DNA of 64,000 nucleotides from Candidatus Aminicenantes bacterium. GTDB lineage: Bacteria; Acidobacteriota; Aminicenantia; UBA2199. The stretch is taken from contig CAVYQZ010000006.1 of assembly GCA_963770755.1 (NCBI GenBank), forward strand, positions 91,480-155,479. The letters run 5' to 3'. Below the pieces are notes generated by a model. It searched no databases, was not told the origin of the DNA, and was given only the letters and a program-made list of their open reading frames with translations. This document shows, piece by piece, positions 63,154-64,000 of this stretch (position 1 is the stretch's first letter; each line of letters begins with the position of its first letter). The position numbers and the translations under genes are program-made.

Positions 63154-64000
63154 TTAGCGGGTCACGAAACTGGCTATATATTCAAAATTAGCCGGAGTGG
63201 CCGGCAAAGCAGGTTCACCGTCCCACCATTCTCCGGGCAGGCCCAGTTCCTGCGCCGAAAGCTGGAAATGGCACATGGCAATGCCCAGGTCGATGCGTTG
63301 CAGGTCGGCAAACGGCATCATGGCGCTGTACGCCTTGTCGCGGTCCAGAAAAAAATGGAAGGCGCCGTTGCGATGGATGATGCGCCAGGGCTGCTTGTTG
63401 GAAGCTGACGGCCCCAGGCGCATATTTTCCAAAACCGGCGCCCATTGAGGAAAATCCGTGCCAGGGAAGGGGGTTTGCCAGTCGTTGTTGAAAAAGATCG
63501 CGACGGCTTCCTTGCGCAGGTCGCCCCTGGCGCTCCAGCGCACCAGACGGTCGCGCCATGACCGTCTTTCAGCCGGCCGGCCAATGGCGATGACTGCAGG
63601 CAATATTTCATCGGCGCCGATGCCGATGGCCCGGCCGAAATTTTTACGGTCAAAGATGCCGCCAATCCAGCAGCTGCCCAGGTCCAGAGAAGTGGCATGG
63701 AGAACCAGGGCTTCCAGTCCGAAACCAATGTCTTCCCAGCCGCGCGGGGTGCCTTTCTTGATCAGGGCGCTCAAATAGTAGCGGACGCCCTTGATCATCC
63801 CGTAGCTGCCGCCGGAAAATAAATTTTCCGCGCGCACCTTCTTTTTATCGATGATGCCGAAACGGACGCGGTTCCTGAAAGGCAGTTCCAGGTCAGCCGA
63901 AAATTTTTCCAGCGCGGTCAGCACCCCAGGCTCCAGGCAGCGTCCATCGAAGCTGCGGCAGGAAAAGCGTTTTTGAACCAGGTCAGCCAGCGGTTGGTTG
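63154..64000 (-). CDS. nitroreductase-family protein (5' end beyond the right edge)
   Basis: The frame stays open upstream of the listed GTG (63924) to the window end: NQPLADLVQKRFSCRSFDGRCLEPG... is the typical RxSxRxF start. LDLGSCWIGG lies later in the ORF. Confidence 0.8.
   Translation of the reverse strand, partial: NQPLADLVQKRFSCRSFDGRCLEPGVLTALEKFSADLELPFRNRVRFGIIDKKKVRAENLFSGGSYGMIKGVRYYLSALIKKGTPRGWEDIGFGLEALVLHATSLDLGSCWIGGIFDRKNFGRAIGIGADEILPAVIAIGRPAERRSWRDRLVRWSARGDLRKEAVAIFFNNDWQTPFPGTDFPQWAPVLENMRLGPSASNKQPWRIIHRNGAFHFFLDRDKAYSAMMPFADLQRIDLGIAMCHFQLSAQELGLPGEWWDGEPALPATPANFEYIASFVTR

Overview
64-kb chromosomal segment of a diderm-type bacterium, judged from a TolC-family channel, ExbD, a GspG-like pseudopilin and many lipobox signal peptides. 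I count about 77 protein-coding genes and 3 tRNAs (Pro-UGG, Arg-UCU, His-GUG). I find no rRNA, no CRISPR array and no recognisable transposase, integrase or phage gene. The backbone is housekeeping: glnS/gltX, dnaJ, murA, rpmE-prfA-prmC, rpsU, rpsO-pnp, tsaD, pckA, galU, mtnP, buk, a class I aldolase and rtcB-archease. The accessory or odd content is as follows. (1) A HEPN/MNT pair lies between imperfect direct repeats copied from the 3' end of the neighbouring glcD-like gene. (2) A strongly AT-rich islet carries an isochorismatase-family hydrolase, hicAB and a GC-rich 120-nt helix-rich element, directly downstream of rtcB. (3) Six genes appear translationally coupled in one operon: dnaJ, hspR, a sigma factor, a Cys4 DnaC-like AAA+ ATPase, a MoxR AAA+ ATPase and a small membrane protein. 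(4) An orphan radical SAM/SPASM-like enzyme and a B12-binding radical SAM gene broken by one extra G. (5) A 2.5-kb patch (4.9-7.4 kb) holds three secreted or lipoprotein genes carrying five +/-1 frameshifts. (6) A GlmU-like gene has an intact acetyltransferase half but an unrecognisable N-terminal half. (7) Several genes have a -10 box only 6-8 nt before the ATG, suggesting leaderless mRNAs. (8) A low-GC islet of two methyltransferase genes surrounds tRNA-His. Apart from the two toxin-antitoxin pairs I cannot assign a known defence system. My best candidates for undescribed biology are items 3, 2 and 1. All calls come from reading the sequence and the ORF translations; no database search was run.
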